NCBI GenBank assembly: GCA_900767715.1
Contig: CAAGAD010000005.1
Span: 83,697 to 147,696, forward strand
Direction: 5' to 3'
DNA length: 64,000 nucleotides
Source: Clostridia bacterium
GTDB taxonomy: Bacteria > Bacillota > Clostridia > Christensenellales > UBA1242
Under the pieces are notes generated by a model. The model was not told the DNA's origin, did no database searches, and saw only the letters and a list, made by a program, of their open reading frames with translations. Within the stretch, counting starts at the first letter, position 1; each line of letters opens with the position of its first letter. Position numbers and translations under genes: made by a program. Shown here piece after piece: positions 30,499 through 40,156 of this stretch.

Positions 30499-33029
30499 TG
30501 CGTAACATACTCTTGATTGACGGCAATAACCTAATGTTTAGAGCGTATTACGCACTGCCACCACTTCGCTCGCTCTCGGGCAAACTATGCAACGCCGTAT
30601 ATGGCTTTTGCAATATGCTCATCAGCGCAATCGAACAGCACAAGCCGGACTACATTTTGGTCGCGTTCGACAAGGGCAAAAAGACCTTCCGTCACAAACT
30701 TTTCGCAGACTACAAAGCACAGCGCCACCCAACGCCCGAAGACCTAATTGCGCAATTTCCGATTGTGAAAGAAATGCTCGACACGATGGGTGTCAAATAT
30801 TATGATGACGACCGCTATGAAGCGGACGATATTTTGGGCTGTCTGTCTAGCCAAAATTCGCAAGACAATGTAATTATTATGTCGGGCGATAGGGACCTTT
30901 TGCAACTCGTGGACAAGTCTGTTTCCTTGCAAATGAATAAAAAGGGCGACAGCGAATTTAATCTAATCACGCCGGACAATATTGTTGAGAGTTTTGGCGT
31001 TCGCGCTGACCAAGTGGTTGACCTAAAAGCGCTTATGGGCGACACCAGTGATAACATTCCGGGCGTGGCAGGCGTTGGCGAAAAAACAGCATTAAACCTA
31101 ATCCACGACTATGATAACCTTGACAATGTTTACGCACACATCGATGAAATAAAGGGCAAATTGCACGAAAAACTACTTAACGGCGTTGAGTCAGCAAAGT
31201 TGTCGAAAACACTTGCGACCATTGACCGAAATTGCGATTTGCCATTCAACATTACCGACTGCACTTACACCTATCCGTTCGGCAGTGAAGTGAGAGCATT
31301 TTTCACTGAATACAATTTCAATTCATTGCTTTCCAGAAGCAAGTTGTTCGCGTTCAGTGCGTCAACGCCTGTGGAAGAAAACGATGGCGATGTAGAAGTC
31401 GAGAATGTCGAAACCAAAGAAGATTTGAGTGCGATGTTCGACCAAATCTACAACACCAAACAAGTGGTAATCTGCTATTTGGACAAGGTGTGGCATTTCT
31501 CATTTTCAAGATATTATGAATACACAATTAATCCGCTAATTAGCGATAGCAATGACTTTGTTCTGGGACTCAAAAAATTGCTCGAAAACAGCGATGTTGA
31601 GAAGATTTTGTTTGACGCAAAAGAGTTTATGCATATGCTCTCGGGTCAGGAAATAAACAACTTTTTCGACCTAAGCATTGCCATATATTTGATTGAGCAA
31701 TCTGACCGCATTTTGAATGTGATTGACGGGCTGAAACTTATCAATATGAAAGCGAAATTCGTCGCAACAGATATGTTCATATCGCGAACTAAACTCATTG
31801 AAGAATTGCAAAACCGTGACCAAAAAGATTTATACTACAACATTGAATTGCCACTCGTAAAAGTGCTTTACGAAATGGAAGAACAAGGCTTTAAAGTAGA
31901 TAAGTATGCAATGGCAGAACTCAACGATAAATACACTGCCGAACTAAAAGAAATCGAGCAGAAGATTTACTCGCTTGTGGGCAACGAATTCAACATCAAT
32001 TCGCCACAACAAGTCAGCGACCTTTTGTTCAACCAGTTGCAATTGAAATATCGAGGCAAAAAGAGTACAAGCGCGGACGTGTTGGAAGCAATCAGCGACC
32101 AGCACCCAGTCGTCAAGGAGATTTTGCGCTACCGCAAAGTCAATAAACTGCTCAGCACCTACATTTCTGGCTTCTTGCCTTACCTTGACAGCCACGACAA
32201 AGTGCACACCACCTTTATGCAGTCCATCACCAGCACGGGCAGACTTGCCAGCCGTTCACCGAATTTGCAGAACATTCCTGTGCGCGACGACGAGGGTAAG
32301 ACGTTAAGAAAGTTATTTGTCAGCAGTTTCCCAGACGGCAAAATTGTCAGCGCCGACTATAACCAAATTGAATTGCGTTTAATGGCTCATTTCAGCCAAG
32401 ACAAATTAATGCTTGCCGACTTTAACGCCGGTCACGACATTCACTCCGCCACTGCCAGCAAGGTATTCGGCGTGCCGATTGACCAAATCACGCCTAAACA
32501 ACGTCGCATTGCCAAGACTGTCAACTTCGGCATAATATACGGCATAAGTGAATATGGTTTGGCAAAGACCTTGGACATCAAACCGAGCGAAGCCAAAGAG
32601 TTTATCGCCAAATATTTTGAAACCTTTCCAGCGGTCAAAGAATGTATGAACAATAGCGTAATTTCTGCCAAGGAAAAGGGTTATTCACTCACGCTCTTTA
32701 ATCGCCGTCGCTACATTCCAGAACTCAGTTCGTCTAGTCCGCTTGTTCGCAAGTTCGGCGAGCGCGTGGCGATTAATGCACCATTGCAGGGTACTGCCAG
32801 CGACATAATAAAAATTGCAATGCTCAAAGTGAGCAATGCAATCAAGGAGAGCAAAATTAACAGCCGACTGATATTGCAAATCCACGACGAACTTATCGTT
32901 GATTGCTATCCGGGAGAAGAAGAAATTGTAAAACAAATTTTGCAAGAAAATATGAACGACGTTGTAAAAATCAGCGTCCCACTTAAAGTGGAAGTTTCAA
33001 TGGGTAAAAGTTGGTTTGATTGTAAATAG
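30498..33029 (+). CDS. polA: DNA polymerase I
   Basis: ATG overlaps the upstream TAA (TAATG), after AAGGAGG. 5'-nuclease region LLIDGNNLMFRAYYAL, motif A SADYNQIELRLMAH, motif B RRIAKTVNFGIIYG, motif C LQIHDELIVD. Confidence 0.95.
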   Translation: MRNILLIDGNNLMFRAYYALPPLRSLSGKLCNAVYGFCNMLISAIEQHKPDYILVAFDKGKKTFRHKLFADYKAQRHPTPEDLIAQFPIVKEMLDTMGVKYYDDDRYEADDILGCLSSQNSQDNVIIMSGDRDLLQLVDKSVSLQMNKKGDSEFNLITPDNIVESFGVRADQVVDLKALMGDTSDNIPGVAGVGEKTALNLIHDYDNLDNVYAHIDEIKGKLHEKLLNGVESAKLSKTLATIDRNCDLPFNITDCTYTYPFGSEVRAFFTEYNFNSLLSRSKLFAFSASTPVEENDGDVEVENVETKEDLSAMFDQIYNTKQVVICYLDKVWHFSFSRYYEYTINPLISDSNDFVLGLKKLLENSDVEKILFDAKEFMHMLSGQEINNFFDLSIAIYLIEQSDRILNVIDGLKLINMKAKFVATDMFISRTKLIEELQNRDQKDLYYNIELPLVKVLYEMEEQGFKVDKYAMAELNDKYTAELKEIEQKIYSLVGNEFNINSPQQVSDLLFNQLQLKYRGKKSTSADVLEAISDQHPVVKEILRYRKVNKLLSTYISGFLPYLDSHDKVHTTFMQSITSTGRLASRSPNLQNIPVRDDEGKTLRKLFVSSFPDGKIVSADYNQIELRLMAHFSQDKLMLADFNAGHDIHSATASKVFGVPIDQITPKQRRIAKTVNFGIIYGISEYGLAKTLDIKPSEAKEFIAKYFETFPAVKECMNNSVISAKEKGYSLTLFNRRRYIPELSSSSPLVRKFGERVAINAPLQGTASDIIKIAMLKVSNAIKESKINSRLILQIHDELIVDCYPGEEEIVKQILQENMNDVVKISVPLKVEVSMGKSWFDCK

Positions 33030-33031
33030 AG

Positions 33032-33056
33032 AAAAGAGCGTTTTGCTCTTTTTTTT
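33032..33056. terminator. bidirectional rho-independent terminator
   Basis: A-run, AGAGC-gtttt-GCTCT hairpin, T-run. It lies between the convergent polA and small minus-strand ORF. Confidence 0.65.
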
Positions 33057-33255
33057 AGATGAATGAACGATTTACGCCAGGGCAGTTGGACGTGCAGTTG
33101 CCATGATTTGAAGATGACGAACTGCCAGAGCGATACGCACCCAGTGCCAAAAGCAACAACAGTAAAAAGTTGGTGTTGGTTGCCAGTTCGGTGTTGGTGG
33201 CTTGCGCGATGACTCCAATCAGCAACACAATCAAAATATCTTGCGAAAATGTCAT
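33055..33255 (-). CDS. small hydrophobic protein (66 aa) with Ser-rich, CxxxC-containing C-terminus
   Basis: Strong GGAGGGAG RBS just upstream of ATG 33255. Two hydrophobic segments (DILIVLLIGVIAQA, FLLLLLLALGAY), then SGSSSSSNHGNCTSNCPG. Divergent from the ArsR-family gene. Confidence 0.55.
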   Translation of the reverse strand: MTFSQDILIVLLIGVIAQATNTELATNTNFLLLLLLALGAYRSGSSSSSNHGNCTSNCPGVNRSFI

Positions 33256-33299
33256 TTCTCCCTCCATTAAACAAAATAATTGGTTTTTCTTATATATTC

Positions 33300-33318
33300 C
33301 ACAAAATATACTTTTGTG
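33300..33318. promoter_or_regulatory. perfect inverted repeat, candidate ArsR-family operator
   Basis: CACAAAA-tatac-TTTTGTG in the 103-bp divergent intergenic region, immediately upstream of the arsR-side -35 box. Confidence 0.45.
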
Positions 33319-33358
33319 ATAGTTTGGAAGAATCTCAAAAAGGTTTTATACTATAACT

Positions 33359-33712
33359 ATGTTAAGTTTACAAGAATACACGAAAGACCAAGCCGAGAGA
33401 GCCATTATAGAAGAGAATATGCCTAATGTTGAGAATGTGAAAAAGTTGTCCAACTATTTTTCCATTTTTGCCGATTGTACTCGACTGCGTATTCTCATAT
33501 TGCTGTCAATCAGGCAAATGCAAGTGGGCGACATTGCCGACTATTTGGGTATAAACCAGACGACGACTAGCCACCAACTTAAAATATTGAAATTCAACAA
33601 TGTAGTCGATTACGTTCGCGAGGGCAAGAACATTACATATTTTCTAAAAGATGGCTTTTTTGTGAAAATGATGAACTATGTGGTGGACGAAGTGGCGTCC
33701 ATAACCATATAA
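33359..33712 (+). CDS. ArsR/SmtB-family transcriptional regulator
   Basis: Winged-HTH pattern FSIFADCTRLRILILL...VGDIADYLGINQTTTSHQLKILKFNNVV. TTGGAA, 17-nt spacer, TATACT, ending 6 nt before the ATG, with no SD (possibly leaderless). Confidence 0.8.
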   Translation: MLSLQEYTKDQAERAIIEENMPNVENVKKLSNYFSIFADCTRLRILILLSIRQMQVGDIADYLGINQTTTSHQLKILKFNNVVDYVREGKNITYFLKDGFFVKMMNYVVDEVASITI

Positions 33713-33825
33713 TTGTTTATGTCAATCATATTTTTAATAAATTTTAAATTTAAGGTCAATTTATTTGGCTTTTCTTTTATTTTATTGTAAAATAGAGTAA
33801 GCCTAATTATGCGTGGAGGAATTTG

Positions 33826-35007
33826 ATGAATGCAAAAACGTTAAAGGACATTGACGTTGAGAATAAAAAAGTCCTTTTGAGAGTAGATTTTAATGTACCA
33901 TTCCAAGATGGCAAGATTGTTGACGACAGTCGCATTGTTGCTGCACTTGACACTATAAAATATTTAATTGACCACAATGCGATTGTTATTATTTGTTCGC
34001 ACTTGGGTCGTCCAGACGGCAAAAAAGACAAGAAATATAGTCTTGAACCAGTTGCCAACTATCTTGCAAAATTGTTGCAAAAAGACGTGTTGTTCGTCGA
34101 AGATATTTTCGGCAAAAACACTAAACCATTGATTGAGAACCTTGAACCAAAGGACGTTGTACTTTTGGAGAACGTGCGCTTCTATAAACAAGAAGAAGAA
34201 TGCGAAAAAGAGTTCAGCAAGAAACTTGCTAGCCTTGCCGACATCTATGTCAACGACGCATTCGGCACAATGCACCGCAAACACGCCAGCACTTACGGCG
34301 TGGCAGAATTTTTGCCTAGTGCAGTTGGTCTTTTGGTGGAGAAGGAGTTGTCCGCTTTTGACAAACTCAACAATCCAGAGCGTCCACTTGTTGCCATTTT
34401 GGGCGGGGCAAAAGTCAAAGACAAATTGCCTATTGTAGAGAACCTATTGAACATTGCTGACACCATTTTGATTGGTGGCGGAATGAGTTATACTTTTGTG
34501 AAAGCCATCGGTGGAGAAGTTGGCGATTCACTAGTTGACGAAACCAAAGTTGAACTCGCAGGTCAAATTTTGGAGAAAGCCAAAGAAAAGGGTGTAAAGA
34601 TTGTATTGCCTATCGACAATGTTTGTGCCAACGCATTTAGAATTGATGCCGATAAAAAGAGTTTCAATAGCGCGTTCATTCCAATGGGTTATCAAGGTAT
34701 GGACATTGGCAAAAAGACTATCAAACTTTTCAAGAAATATATTCGTTCAGCCAAGACAATAGTATGGAATGGACCGATGGGCGTATATGAATTCCCACGT
34801 TTCGCCAAGGGCACTATCAAGATCGCCAAAGCCGTTGCCAAGAGCCGTGCATATAGCATAATCGGTGGCGGGGACAGTGCGGCCAGCATTAAGTCATTGA
34901 AACTAAACAAAAAAGTAGGACACATTTCAACCGGTGGCGGTGTTTCACTTCGTCTTTTGGAAGGGAAGACCTTGCCAGCCGTGGACATTATTTCTAGTCA
35001 AAACTAA
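33826..35007 (+). CDS. pgk: phosphoglycerate kinase
   Basis: KKVLLRVDFNVP, GRPDG, GGGDSAA. GGAGG RBS. Confidence 0.95.
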   Translation: MNAKTLKDIDVENKKVLLRVDFNVPFQDGKIVDDSRIVAALDTIKYLIDHNAIVIICSHLGRPDGKKDKKYSLEPVANYLAKLLQKDVLFVEDIFGKNTKPLIENLEPKDVVLLENVRFYKQEEECEKEFSKKLASLADIYVNDAFGTMHRKHASTYGVAEFLPSAVGLLVEKELSAFDKLNNPERPLVAILGGAKVKDKLPIVENLLNIADTILIGGGMSYTFVKAIGGEVGDSLVDETKVELAGQILEKAKEKGVKIVLPIDNVCANAFRIDADKKSFNSAFIPMGYQGMDIGKKTIKLFKKYIRSAKTIVWNGPMGVYEFPRFAKGTIKIAKAVAKSRAYSIIGGGDSAASIKSLKLNKKVGHISTGGGVSLRLLEGKTLPAVDIISSQN

Positions 35008-35032
35008 TGTTAGAAAAACGAAGGAGTTAAAT

Positions 35033-36547
35033 ATGACAAGTCGCAAAGGTGTTTTAGTTATTTTGGACGGCTATGGAGAAGCCGAGAAAACTGTGCGCAA
35101 TCCAAGTTATGTGGCATACACGCCATTTTTGGACTATTTGAAGAGATATTGCCCAACCACATATATTCAAGCCAGTGGAGAAGCCGTTGGCGTCAAGCCG
35201 GGTCAAATGGGTAATAGCGAAATCGGTCACCTAAACATCGGTGGCGGACGCGTTGTTGAACAAATGGGTGTGCGCATTACACGTGAACTAAATAACAACT
35301 ATTTGGCTAAAAACAAAAAGTTTAATGCGCTCATCAAGGACACAATTGACGGCAAAGGTGCTGTGCACATTGTGGGTCTTTTGTCCGACATCGGCACGCA
35401 CGCCGAGATTGCACATATGTACAAACTTATTGACCATGCAGTCAAGATGAATGTGCCACGCGTATATTTGCACCTTATTACTGACGGACGCGATGAAGAA
35501 ACGGACGGCGGTTTGCAACACCTTATCGACCTTGAACAATACATCGCACCATACAAGAATGTGAAAATTGCCAGCATAGGCGGTAGATATTTCGGTATGG
35601 ACAGAGATAAATATCTCGACCGCACCAAACTTGCGTTCAACTCAATGTTTATGCCTAACCAAGAAGTTAGCAAGGCAAGTGCAGAAGAGTATTTAAAGGC
35701 GAATTATAAAGAAGGCGTTTCGGACGAATTTATCATTCCTGTACGCTTGCTTAACGACAGACAATTCAAGTCTTGCGCCAACGATATGGTAGTTTTCTAC
35801 AACTTCCGTGCTGACCGTATGCGCCAGATTTGTCAAATGTGCATTGACACAATGCCAGAGAGCGTAAAATTGGTGTCAATGACACAATACAGTGAAGCCG
35901 AGCAGTTCAATCGCTTCTTTGTGCTTTTCCCAGAACAACTAATCCACAACGGATTGACCGAATATTTGACAAGCAATGGTCACAAAGTGCTCAAAGTGGC
36001 AGAAACGACTAAATATGCTCACGTCACATATTTTTTCAATGGCGAAATCGAGAAGCCTTTTGACGGCGAAGATAGAGTGCTCATTCAAGGCAAGAATTTC
36101 AAAACAACCAACATTCCACCTTCAATGCGCACCAAGGAAATCACTAACGCAGTGATTAAGGGAATTAAGAGTAACGAATATGATTTGATTGTGGTGAACT
36201 ATGCCAGCCCTGACATCATCGGTCACACAGCAGATTTGAAACGCTGTATCAAGGCACTCGAAATCCTTGACGTGAACTTGCAAAAGTTGGTGGCTAAGGC
36301 AGCCGGCGCGGGCTATTTCGTAGCAGTGACTGCTGACCACGGCAACATTGAATATGTGCGTGATGAACACAATAAGCCATTCCCAGCGCACACAACCAAC
36401 CCAGTAATGTTCACAATCGTTGACCAGACCATTCCTGACATCAAAATGGCACCAGACGGCAAACTAGCCGATGTTGCGCCAACAATTTTGAAATTGATGG
36501 GTGAGAAACCAAACCCAGATTTCACGGGTACGCCTTTGTACAAATAA
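35033..36547 (+). CDS. gpmI: 2,3-bisphosphoglycerate-independent phosphoglycerate mutase
   Basis: AAGGAG RBS before ATG 35033. VLVILDGYG, NSEIGHLNIGGGRVV, TDGRD, ADHGN. Confidence 0.93.
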   Translation: MTSRKGVLVILDGYGEAEKTVRNPSYVAYTPFLDYLKRYCPTTYIQASGEAVGVKPGQMGNSEIGHLNIGGGRVVEQMGVRITRELNNNYLAKNKKFNALIKDTIDGKGAVHIVGLLSDIGTHAEIAHMYKLIDHAVKMNVPRVYLHLITDGRDEETDGGLQHLIDLEQYIAPYKNVKIASIGGRYFGMDRDKYLDRTKLAFNSMFMPNQEVSKASAEEYLKANYKEGVSDEFIIPVRLLNDRQFKSCANDMVVFYNFRADRMRQICQMCIDTMPESVKLVSMTQYSEAEQFNRFFVLFPEQLIHNGLTEYLTSNGHKVLKVAETTKYAHVTYFFNGEIEKPFDGEDRVLIQGKNFKTTNIPPSMRTKEITNAVIKGIKSNEYDLIVVNYASPDIIGHTADLKRCIKALEILDVNLQKLVAKAAGAGYFVAVTADHGNIEYVRDEHNKPFPAHTTNPVMFTIVDQTIPDIKMAPDGKLADVAPTILKLMGEKPNPDFTGTPLYK

Positions 36548-36589
36548 ATTAAATCTTGACAACTCACAAATTGGTGATATAATTCGGGT

Positions 36590-36811
36590 ATGATTAATAC
36601 TTTGTTTAATTATATCACCGATTTTATTCGTGGGCTCACTACCTTCCAGTATGTGTTCGTTATTTGTGTGATATTCATTGTATGTTTGACCTTTATCAAG
36701 AACTTTTTAAAGGCGAATAAGGGTGACACTGACAAAGTAAACAAATTGCCTTGCATACTTGGTGTCGCAATTTGTCTAATAGTTTTGGCAGGTATTTCGT
36801 CAATTAGATAG
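36590..36811 (+). CDS. small membrane protein (73 aa, 2 TM)
   Basis: ORF with two hydrophobic helices. No recognisable family and a weak RBS. Confidence 0.4.
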   Translation: MINTLFNYITDFIRGLTTFQYVFVICVIFIVCLTFIKNFLKANKGDTDKVNKLPCILGVAICLIVLAGISSIR

Positions 36812-36899
36812 TGAATTGCTTGATTAATTTGTGAGTTTGTGTTAAAATCTCATAGTAAGATAAATAGTTAGATGAATTTCATCATTATAGGAGTTATAT

Positions 36900-37205
36900 A
36901 TGCTAAATCTTTTACTAGACCAACCAATCAGCGATTTTAGTGCGTGGTTTTTCCCAACAGCACGTATCATTCTAGTTGTGCTTATGAGTTTGTGTGCCAT
37001 TGCGGTCATCATTCTCACATTTATGCAACTAGACAACAACAGCGACGTGGGTAATGTCATCACTGGCAATCGCGAGAGTTACTATTCTCAAAATAAGGGC
37101 AACAACAAGCAAGGACGTTTGACAAAATGGATTATCGTTTGCGGTATTGTCATTGCCGTTAGCATCATTTTGTTCTTCTTGACTTATTTGGGCAATACAA
37201 TTTAG
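36900..37205 (+). CDS. secG: preprotein translocase subunit SecG
   Basis: Two TM helices flank the loop ...GNRESYYSQNKGNNKQGRLTK (compare the Bacillus SecG ES.F..K.RG...L.r.T pattern). The secG-rnr-smpB-ssrA synteny is conserved. AGGAG RBS. Confidence 0.7.
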   Translation: MLNLLLDQPISDFSAWFFPTARIILVVLMSLCAIAVIILTFMQLDNNSDVGNVITGNRESYYSQNKGNNKQGRLTKWIIVCGIVIAVSIILFFLTYLGNTI

Positions 37206-37263
37206 ACACATTAAGTGTCTTTTTTTATTTGCCAAAATTTGCGCACTAGTGTAAAATAATTAT

Positions 37264-39576
37264 ATGAAAGAAGAAATACTAGATTATATTACATCAAATC
37301 AACTATTATATTTGAGAAGAAAAGAATTAACCGCACTCCTAAAAGCGCGTTTTGAATATGTCGATGTCAATAAAGTTATTGACGAGTTGCTAGATAGTGG
37401 CGACTTGTTTTTGGACGCCAGCAACAAGATTTGTTCGACCAAAAGCAAGGGTTATTTAAAGGGCAAAATCATCGGCAATGCCAAAGGCTTTGGTTTTTGC
37501 AAGGTGGACGGCGAAGAGCAAGACGTGTTCATTCCTGCCAGTAAACTTAACGGCGCGGTCAATAACGATTTTGTACTCATAAAGATTGACTATCGTCCGC
37601 AAGACAACAATCCGGAAGGTTGCGTTATCAAGGTCTTGAAACGTGGCACTAACGAAGTGGTGGGCAGATTTGAGCGCACGAAAAGTTGTGGTTATGTTTT
37701 CAGTGATGATACCAAGTTTAGCGCTGGCGTTTACATTGCCAAGCAAAATTTCAAGACGGCACAAGATGGCGACCGCGTTGTTGCCCGCATTATTGATTTC
37801 GGCGACGGAATGAACCGCAAAATTTGTGGCGAAATCGTGGAAGTGTTGGGCAGATATGATGATGAATCGGGCGAAGAAGACGCACTCATTAGACAGTTCA
37901 AAGTTCGCACAGAGTTTGACCCCGCCACGCTTGACGAAGCCCGTCGCATTCGCTCGGTTGTGGTGGAGAAAGATTTTGCGGGTAGAGAAGATTTCCGCGA
38001 CCTAAATATTTTCACTATTGACGGCAGTGATACGCGCGATGTCGATGACGCAATCAGCGTGCGCCGACTAAAAAAAGGCGTGTATCGCGTGGGCGTGCAT
38101 ATCGCGGACGTAAGCAATTATGTCAAGCCTGACAGTGCGCTTGACAAAGAAGCCTTTGACCGTGGCACGAGCGTCTATTTCCCAGACCGCGTTTTGCCAA
38201 TGCTCCCAGTCGAACTTTCGAACGGAATTTGCTCGCTAAACGAAGGCGTTGACCGCTTGACCTTGTCTGTGATTATGGACTTGGACGAGAATGCCAACGT
38301 TTTGTATAGCGACGTCTGTGAGAGCGTTGTCAATGTTAAAAAACACCTTGTTTATGATGACGTCTATTTGGCATTGCAGGGCGACCCAGTGCAAGTGGAG
38401 AAGTTGCAGTCCGTTTTGCCGGACTTGAAGATTTTGGCAGACCTAACGCTTAAACTTGAAATGAAACGTCACAACCGAGGTGCAATTGACCTTGATATGC
38501 CAGAAGCATATATTGAAGTAGATGACAAGGGTGATGTAACCAACATCACCAAGCGACCACGCACTCTCGCTCATCGCTTGATTGAGAGTTTTATGATTTT
38601 GGCTAATGAAACTGTGGCGAATAGATATTTTATCAAGAAAACACCTTTCGTTTATCGTGTGCACGAGAAACCAGATCCAGCCAAGTTGAATAGATTTTTG
38701 AAGTTCGCCGAATTGCACGGTTTTAACAACTTCAAGATTAATCCGGAAGACGTCAAGCCAATGGAATTGCAAAAACTTTTGGAGAGCGTAAAGGACGACG
38801 TCGTTCGCGAAACGATGAGCAGTGTTTTGTTGCGCAGTCTTGCCAAGGCGCGTTATGCACCGGAATGCCTAGGTCACTATGGCATCGCCAGCACCTACTA
38901 TTGTCATTTTACCTCACCAATTAGGCGTTATCCAGACCTTGCAATTCATCGTATGATAAAGATGGATTTGCACGACAAAATTTCCAGTGAAAACAAACCT
39001 TATCTTGAAGAGTTTGTGAAGCAGGCGAGCGAACGTTCAAGCGATATGGAAGTGGTGGCAGACGACGCCGAGCGTGCAGTTGACGATTTGAAAAAATGTC
39101 AGTATATGAAGTCGTTCGTTGGTCAAGATTTCCACGCGCGTGTCACGGGCGTTCAAGAGTTCGGTATATTCGTTATGCTAGACAATACAGTTGAAGGATT
39201 GGTTCGACTCGAAGCCTTGCCAGAAGACGATTACAATTTTGACGACCTTGCCATAACACTCAAAGGCAATAGTCATTCATACACGCTTGGCGATGAAGTG
39301 GAAGTAACTCTCTTGTCCGCAGACATTAAAGCACGCAAACTCAGTTTCGCCATTAAAGGTGTAGAGCCTCGTCCGCGTGAATTTGAGAACCCAATAAAAA
39401 ATATAAATAAAATTGGAAAAAATAAAAATTCAAGAAATTATAAAAATAATAAAAACGAAAAAATAAATAAAAATTCCAATAAAAAATCGAATAAATCTAA
39501 TAAAAATAACAATAGATTAAATAAATTAGATAAAAAATCTAATAAAAAAGATTTAAAAAATAAAAAAAGAAAATAA
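37264..39576 (+). CDS. rnr: ribonuclease R with long K/N-rich C-terminal tail
   Basis: Cold-shock-like N-domains, RNB motif IDGSDTRDVDDAISV, an S1 domain (FHARVTGVQEFGIFVML), and a C-terminal lysine/asparagine tail. Confidence 0.93.
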   Translation: MKEEILDYITSNQLLYLRRKELTALLKARFEYVDVNKVIDELLDSGDLFLDASNKICSTKSKGYLKGKIIGNAKGFGFCKVDGEEQDVFIPASKLNGAVNNDFVLIKIDYRPQDNNPEGCVIKVLKRGTNEVVGRFERTKSCGYVFSDDTKFSAGVYIAKQNFKTAQDGDRVVARIIDFGDGMNRKICGEIVEVLGRYDDESGEEDALIRQFKVRTEFDPATLDEARRIRSVVVEKDFAGREDFRDLNIFTIDGSDTRDVDDAISVRRLKKGVYRVGVHIADVSNYVKPDSALDKEAFDRGTSVYFPDRVLPMLPVELSNGICSLNEGVDRLTLSVIMDLDENANVLYSDVCESVVNVKKHLVYDDVYLALQGDPVQVEKLQSVLPDLKILADLTLKLEMKRHNRGAIDLDMPEAYIEVDDKGDVTNITKRPRTLAHRLIESFMILANETVANRYFIKKTPFVYRVHEKPDPAKLNRFLKFAELHGFNNFKINPEDVKPMELQKLLESVKDDVVRETMSSVLLRSLAKARYAPECLGHYGIASTYYCHFTSPIRRYPDLAIHRMIKMDLHDKISSENKPYLEEFVKQASERSSDMEVVADDAERAVDDLKKCQYMKSFVGQDFHARVTGVQEFGIFVMLDNTVEGLVRLEALPEDDYNFDDLAITLKGNSHSYTLGDEVEVTLLSADIKARKLSFAIKGVEPRPREFENPIKNINKIGKNKNSRNYKNNKNEKINKNSNKKSNKSNKNNNRLNKLDKKSNKKDLKNKKRK

Positions 39577-39694
39577 TTAAATAAACCTTTCGGGGTTTAT
39601 TTTTTTATTTAAATAATTAAAAAATAAAATTAATTATTTTTATATATTGATTTTAAATTTAATATTTGCTATAATTAACGCGTTAGGAGTTTTT

Positions 39695-40156
39695 GTGGAA
39701 AACATTTGTCAAAACAAACGCGCATCATTCGATTACGAACTTTTGGACAGATACGAGGCTGGCGTTGTTTTGACTGGCGACGAGATTAAGTCGGTGCGTG
39801 CTGGCAGTATGTCTTTGAATGACAGTTTTTGCCTTGTGCGAAATGGTCAAGTGATTTTGAAGAACGCATACATCAAACCATACACCAATGCGTACAGTGG
39901 CTACCAAGGTAAGCACGACGCTCGTCAAGACAGAGTGCTACTTTTGAACAAATATGAGATTAAGCAAATCAAGAATGCAATTGAGCAAAAAGTACTCACA
40001 ATAGTTCCAACGCGTGCATACTTTGTTAAGCATCTTGTCAAGGTGGAAATCGCAGTCGCACGTGGCAAAAAACTTTTCAACAAAAAGGACAGCATAAAAG
40101 AAAAAGACATTGCTCGTTCAAGCCAGCGCGCATTGGCAGATATGGGGATGAAATAG
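39695..40156 (+). CDS. smpB: SsrA-binding protein
   Basis: GTG start 5 nt after AGGAG, and a TGCTATAAT extended -10 upstream. NKRASFDYELLDRYEAGVVLTGDEIKSVR. Confidence 0.9.
   Translation: MENICQNKRASFDYELLDRYEAGVVLTGDEIKSVRAGSMSLNDSFCLVRNGQVILKNAYIKPYTNAYSGYQGKHDARQDRVLLLNKYEIKQIKNAIEQKVLTIVPTRAYFVKHLVKVEIAVARGKKLFNKKDSIKEKDIARSSQRALADMGMK

Noticed and set aside
32906-33274. 122-aa minus-strand ORF overlapping the polA 3' end
   Set aside because: It overlaps polA and the bidirectional terminator. The alternative 66-aa frame has a strong GGAGGGAG RBS and is the better candidate.
33826-36547. pgk directly followed by gpmI without tpiA, as a sign of a fused or missing triose-phosphate isomerase
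   Set aside because: Pgk has a normal length (393 aa) with no TIM fusion. tpiA may simply be encoded elsewhere, so nothing can be concluded from this window.
39380-39660. Periodic AAATAAAAAT-type words that look like a repeat array or CRISPR
   Set aside because: The stretch is in frame with rnr and encodes a K/N low-complexity tail. It has no fixed-length direct repeats separated by unique spacers, and no cas genes are present.
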